From Candidatus Dormiibacterota bacterium (GTDB taxonomy: Bacteria > Chloroflexota > Dormibacteria > Aeolococcales > Aeolococcaceae): a stretch of DNA of 64,000 bases. Each line of letters starts with the position of its first letter. The stretch's first letter is position 1. The stretch lies in contig CAVQVY010000053.1 of NCBI GenBank assembly GCA_963717185.1, positions 83 to 64,082 on the forward strand, written 5' to 3'. The position numbers and the translations under genes are program-made. A model generated the notes under the pieces. That model was not told where the DNA came from and did no database searches. It saw only the letters and a program-made list of their open reading frames with translations. This document shows, piece after piece, positions 59,021-64,000 of the stretch.

Positions 59021-59801
59021 GCCGCCCGGGTGGCACGGGGGACGTGCCGGTTGAATCGATCACGGTTGGCTCAGGATAGCCGTGGTCTTCGTGGTCCCCG
59101 GCGAGAGGGTCGCCGAAGAGCACGCGACCGAGCCGGATGTGGGTGGACCCGTGGGCGATGGCGATCTCGAAGTCGTCACTCATGCCCATGCTCAGGCCGT
59201 CGAGCGCCACGCCGTGGCGGTCGACGAGCGCGTCACGCAGCGCACGCAGGCGCGCGAAGCAGTCCGCGGCCGCCGCCGGGCCCGCCGGGGGTGCGATGGT
59301 CATCAGGCCGACCGCTTGGAGCTCGGCCAGGCCGCGCAGCTCTTCGAGGAGGGCGGGCGCGCCGTCAGGCGCCACCCCGGAGCGCCCGGGGATGCCAGTG
59401 AGCTCGACCTCGATGAAGACGGGCAGCGGAGTCGCGACTCCCCGGCGGTGCCGTGCCAGGGCGATCGCGAGGGCTGTGCTGTCCACCGAGTGGATGGTGT
59501 CGAACAGCGACGCGGCGGCTCGAGCCTTGTTGCGCTGGAGGTGACCGACCATGTGCCAGCGCACGCCGCGGCCACCGAACGCCGACCTCTTCGACTCCGC
59601 CTCCTGCACGCGGCTCTCGCCGACGTCGAGCAGCCCGAGCGCCGCCGCGGTCTCCACCGCAGCAACGGCGTGGCCCTTGGTGACCGCGACGAGCCGGATC
59701 GAGGCAGGGTCCCGCCCTGCCGCCTCGGCCGCGTGACCCACGCGCGCACGAACCGCTGCGAGGCGCTGCGCGACAGCGTTCCTGTCGATGTCCTCGCTCA
59801 C
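59013..59801 (-). CDS. yggS: YggS family PLP homeostasis protein
   Basis: LVAVTK, GESRVQE, WHMVGHLQRNK, LSMGMSDDF, RLGRVLFG. Confidence 0.92.
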   Translation of the reverse strand: MSEDIDRNAVAQRLAAVRARVGHAAEAAGRDPASIRLVAVTKGHAVAAVETAAALGLLDVGESRVQEAESKRSAFGGRGVRWHMVGHLQRNKARAAASLFDTIHSVDSTALAIALARHRRGVATPLPVFIEVELTGIPGRSGVAPDGAPALLEELRGLAELQAVGLMTIAPPAGPAAAADCFARLRALRDALVDRHGVALDGLSMGMSDDFEIAIAHGSTHIRLGRVLFGDPLAGDHEDHGYPEPTVIDSTGTSPVPPGRHG

Positions 59802-59835
59802 CCGCGCACGTCCGCAGCGCTGGGATGAAGGCGGC

Positions 59836-60376
59836 TCACTTGCCCATGTCGAGGGGCAGCTCGCGCCCGTCGTCGGCGCCACGCCGGCGCTTGCGCGGCG
59901 CCTCGGGCGGACGCGTCCCCGGCGGGTTGGCGAGCACGTCCTCGATGGTGGCGCGCATCTGCTCGACATCGCGAAAGGACCGGTACACCGACGCGAAGCG
60001 CACGTACGCGATCTCGTCGATGGTGCGCAGGTGCTGCATCACCATCTCGCCGACCTCGCGGCTGCGCACCTCGGTGACGTTGCGTGCCGCGCAGGGCATT
60101 CTCGATGTCGTCGACGATCGCCTCGAGCTGCGCCGACGCGATGTCACGCTTGGTGGACGCATTGACCAGGCCGCCGAGCAGCTTGCGCCGGTTGAACTCC
60201 TCGCGCCTGCCATCCTTCTTGACCACCCACAACGGCACAGCCTCGACCCGTTCGTAGGTGGTGAAACGCTTGTGGCAGACAAGACATTCCCGCCGACGCC
60301 GGATCGCCTCACCGGTCTCCGAGTCGCGCGAGTCGACGACCTTGGACTCAGGCTGCGAGCAGTATGGGCACTTCAT
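59836..60376 (-). CDS. nrdR: Transcriptional repressor NrdR (frameshift near 60085)
   Basis: MKCPYC..VVDSR..IRRRREC..RFTTYE, ATP-cone [19 protein letters not shown]. Confidence 0.95.
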
Positions 60377-60433
60377 GGCGCTGGCAGCTCGCCCCCCGCA
60401 TCGCGGGGGGCGGCTGCGACGATGACCGGGTCC

Positions 60434-61536
60434 CTACCTGCGATCCCGGAGGAACGCGGGGATGTCGAGGTCATCCGCGTTGGGCGGCGTCGCGGAGCGG
60501 CCGCCGATGGTGAACGCCGGCGAGGCGGCAACCACCGGGCGCGCCGCGGGCTCGTATGCGAGCGTGCCGAGAACGTCGATGTGGCCGGTGAAGCCGGTGG
60601 CGATCACGGTGATCTTCACCTCGCCCTTCATCTGCTCGTCGATGACCGTGCCGAAGATGATCTGCGCGTCGGGGTCGGCGAACTCGCTGACCAGCTGGGC
60701 CGCCTCGTTGACCTCGTACAGGGTGAGGTCGGGACCGCCGGTGACGTTGAGGAGGATGCCCTTGGCGCCGGCGATCGTGGTCTCCAGCAGCGGGCTTGCC
60801 ACCGCGTCACGCGCCGCGTCGGCGGCACGGGTGTCGCCGTTGCCGAAGCCGATGCCCATCAGCGCGGCGCCCTGGCCGGACATGATCGCCTTGACGTCGG
60901 CGAAGTCGAGGTTGATGAGGCCGGGGAAGACGATCAGGTCGCTGATGCCCTGCACGCCCTGGCGGAGCACGTCGTCCGCGAGCTTGAACGCCTCGGTGAT
61001 CGGGGTGCGCTTGTCGACAACCTGCATGAGCCGCTCGTTGGGGATGGTGATGAGGGTGTCGACGCGTCCCTGGAGGTTGGCGATGCCGTCGTCGGCGGCA
61101 CGCTGCCGCTTCAGGCCCTCGAACTTGAAGGGCTTGGTGACCACGCCGATGGTCAGCGCGCCCTGCTCGCGTGCGATCTCGGCGATGGCGGGCGCCGCGC
61201 CGGTGCCGGTGCCGCCGCCCATGCCGGCGGTGACGAACACCATGTCGCAGTCGGTCGAGCAGCTTGGTGAGCTCCTCGCGGGTCTCCTCTGCCGCCTCGG
61301 CGCCGCGCAGCGGGGTCGCCGCCCGCGCCCAGGCCGCGGGTCAGCTTGGAGCCGATGCGCACCTTCTTGTGGGCGTTGCTCAGCTGCAGCGCCTGGTGGT
61401 CGGTGTTCACCGCGATGAACTCGACGCCCTTGAGGCGGCTCTGGATCATGCGGTTGACGGCGTTGCTGCCGCCGCCGCCGACCCCCACCACCTTGATGCG
61501 TGCGTTTCCTTCCAACGTCCGGTCGAGATCGTTCAT
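60434..61536 (-). CDS. ftsZ: Cell division protein FtsZ (frameshifted)
   Basis: [35 protein letters not shown]-term LDIPAFLR. Confidence 0.97.
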
Positions 61537-61672
61537 GTGCGTCTCCTCACGCTGCCTGCTCTTCGGACGCAGCGAAACCTTCCCCGCACGCGTCGTTTCA
61601 TCATCGTTGCCGCGACTGACGGGCGTCGCCGGCGGCGTGTCGCCGTCATCGAGCCCGTACAACTTCATCCGT

Positions 61673-62914
61673 TCAGAAAAGTTCACGCAACCACCGTCCA
61701 AATCCGATCCCCGACGTGCTGTCCGTTGCCGTTCTGCGCCCTGCCGGTCAGCGCCACGCTGCGTCCCATCCGTCCGCGCGCGCCCCAGCGCAGCAGCCCG
61801 ACCACGGTGGCGTGGTGCGGACCGCTGATCTCGTCGTTCATGCCGTGGATGCCGCGTCGGCGCAGCCACCCGCGCGGGCAGGTCGGTGACCTGCTGGATC
61901 ACCTCGACGAAGCCGCGCAGCAGCGCGCCACCGCCGGTGAGCACGATGCCGCCCGGGAAGCTGCTCGGCGGGCCCGCCAGCTCCACCTGCTCGGCGATGA
62001 GCTGGGCCATCTCGCGGGCCCGCGGCCCGATGATCTCGGCGAGGAAGCGCTGCGGGACGTTGACGGGCTCGTCGTACCCCATCGGCGTCAGCTTGCACCT
62101 CGGCGTCAGCGGGCAGAGTGAGCTGCAGGCAGTGCCCGTAGGCGCGCTTGGTGGCCTCGGCGGTCTCCAGGTCGCACCGCAGTCCCACCGCGAGGTCGCC
62201 GCTGACGTGGTTGCCGCCCACCGGGATCACCGCGGTGTGGATGATGCTGCCCTTGGCAAAAACTGCGACGTCGGTGGTGCCGCCCCCGATGTCGGCCACC
62301 ACGACGCCGCGGTCGAGCTCGTCCTCGCCGATCACCGCCTCGGCGGAGGCGAGCACCTGCAGCACCAGGTCGTCGACGTCGAGCCCCGCCTTGTGCACCA
62401 CCTTGACCACGTTCTGGATGGCGGTGTTGGTGCCGGTGATGATGTGGGCGTCGACCTCGAGGCGCGTGCCGGCCATGCCGAGCGCGTCGCGGACGCCCTC
62501 CTGTCCGTCGATGGTGAACTGCTGGGGGAGGACGTGGAGGATCTTGCGGTCCGACGGAACGCTGACGGCGCGCGCCGCCTCCACGGCGCGGGTGACGTCG
62601 GCGTCGCGCACCTCGCGGTGCCCGGCCGACACGGCCACCACGCCACGCGAGTTCTGCGAGGTGATGCTGGTGCCGGCCAGGCCGACGACCGCGGAGTCGA
62701 CCGGCACGCCGCTCATCTGTTCGGCCAGGTCGACCGCTTCGGCGACGGCCTCGGCGGCCCGGTCGATCTCGATGACCGCCCCTTTGCGGATGCCCCGGGA
62801 GACGGCTTCGCCCACACCGATGACACGCAACCCGGTGCTGTCCAGCTCAGCGATGGCGCAGCAGACCTTCGTCGTTCCTAGATCGAGTGCAAAGACGCGG
62901 CGAGAACGGGTCAC
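61673..62914 (-). CDS. ftsA: Cell division protein FtsA (frameshifted)
   Basis: [24 protein letters not shown]-terminal amphipathic FGRWLRELF. Confidence 0.95.
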
Positions 62915-62974
62915 ACTGGCCTCCGAGTATAGCCGGAGCCCATCCCCTTAAGAAAGGGGTTGTCAGGGGCAAAA

Positions 62975-63023
62975 CCGCAAGATGCTGAGTTTGCCGCCCG
63001 GAGTATGCCACAAGATGTGGCCT
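62975..63023. promoter_or_regulatory. Tandem NrdR-box-like operators upstream of ftsA
   Basis: ccgCAAGATGCTGagt (62975-62990) and ccaCAAGATGTGGcct (63008-63023) against consensus acaCwAtATaTwGtgt; 33 bp apart; -10-like TATACT at 62926-62931. Confidence 0.6.
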
Positions 63024-63375
63024 GCCCGGACCCAGCTCCAGACCGACCGAACGCACCAATCGGAGCCGAGGGAAAACAGTCCTCCGCCCCGTGGACTGGG
63101 GGACCGCAAGCCCCGTCCGGGATCGCGAGCGAAGCGAGCCGGCGCGCGAGGCGCGCCGAGGGGTCGGGGTGAGGATGGTCGGATTCGATTCTCGACCGTC
63201 CGAGGGGCGGGGATCTGCCTCGCCCCTGTTGAAACACATGGTCCCCGCGCGGCCGCGGCCGCGCGGGGCACCGCCACTGCACCTTCCGGACGAGACCCCG
63301 CCGGCCGCAGCCCCTGTCGGGCCGCGCAGCGCGCGCCATCATGCCACCGGTCGCGCCTCCTGTAAACGTCGCGGC

Positions 63376-64000
63376 TCAGGAACCCGGACGCAGCACCAGC
63401 TTGCCGCGGCGGTCGCCGCCGGCCAGCGCGGCGAACGCCTCAGCCGCCTCGGCCAGCGGACGGACCGAGTCGATGAGCGGCTGCAGCCGCTCCGGTGGCG
63501 CACAGCTCGACCACGCGCGCCAGCTCGTCGCGCGTCCCCATGGTGCTGCCCGCCATGGTCAGCTGCCGCCAGAAGATGCGGTTGAGCTGCGCCGGCGGGT
63601 TGGGCCCGCTGGTGGCTCCCGACACCACCACCGTGCCGCCCGGGCGCAGCGACACGCAGGGAGAAGTCCCAGGTGGCCTCCCCCACCGTGTCGAGCACGG
63701 CGTCGACGCCGCCCTCGCTGGCGCCGATCACCTGCTTGACGCGACTCGCGGTCGGTGGCGAACGCCGCGGCGGCTCCGAGCTCGATGGCGGCGGCCCGCT
63801 TGGCCTCGTCCCGCGAGGTGGCGAAGACCGTGAGGCCGCCGGCGACGGCCAGGAGGATGGCCGCGCTGGCCACGCCACCGGTGGCGCCGTGCACCAGCAC
63901 CGTCTGTCCCGGCCGCAGGCCGCCGCGGACGAAGAGCATCCGGTACGCGGTGAGGTACGCGGTGGGCAGGCACGCCGCGGTGGTGATGTCCACGCCCGGC
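63376..64000 (-). CDS. Zinc-binding dehydrogenase/quinone oxidoreductase family (5' partial, frameshifted)
   Basis: LPTAYLTAYRML, VHGATGGVA, VLDTVGEAT, GSTMGT, GKLVL. Confidence 0.85.

Noticed and set aside
61537-61668. N-terminally extended FtsZ (MKLYGLDD...)
   Set aside because: A GGAG RBS before ATG 61536 gives a typical FtsZ start
63170-63200. tRNA-like GGATTCGATTC loop
   Set aside because: No cloverleaf or acceptor stem; part of a simple hairpin

Overview
High-GC bacterial chromosomal segment made up mostly of core genes: dnaE, gatCAB, lgt, dnaK, acs, ssrA/tmRNA, hflX, smpB, fmt-def-priA-coaB-coaC-gmk-rluA-lspA-yggS-nrdR-ftsZ-ftsA. Gene order, the presence of FtsA and many leaderless starts suggest a Terrabacteria lineage such as Ca. 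Dormibacterota or Chloroflexota (inference only). Single-base indels break many genes, including essential ones, mainly at 1-27 kb and 60-64 kb. This points to unpolished long-read errors rather than pseudogenes, so coordinates of frameshifted genes are reconstructed and approximate. Most notable elements: (1) a five-gene operon encoding a small SGGS-tailed protein, an ApbE flavin transferase, a ferric-reductase-like cytochrome b, a NuoF-like flavoprotein and a ferredoxin, which looks like a flavinylation-based transmembrane electron conduit; (2) tandem NrdR-box-like operators upstream of ftsA-ftsZ-nrdR; (3) a LAGLIDADG intein in DnaE; (4) a candidate long-hairpin ncRNA after hflX; (5) an orphan tRNA 3' fragment; (6) an ECF sigma/propeller anti-sigma pair with a candidate autoregulatory promoter; (7) a TetR-controlled FMO/SDR/AurF cluster with a visible operator. 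No database searches were run.
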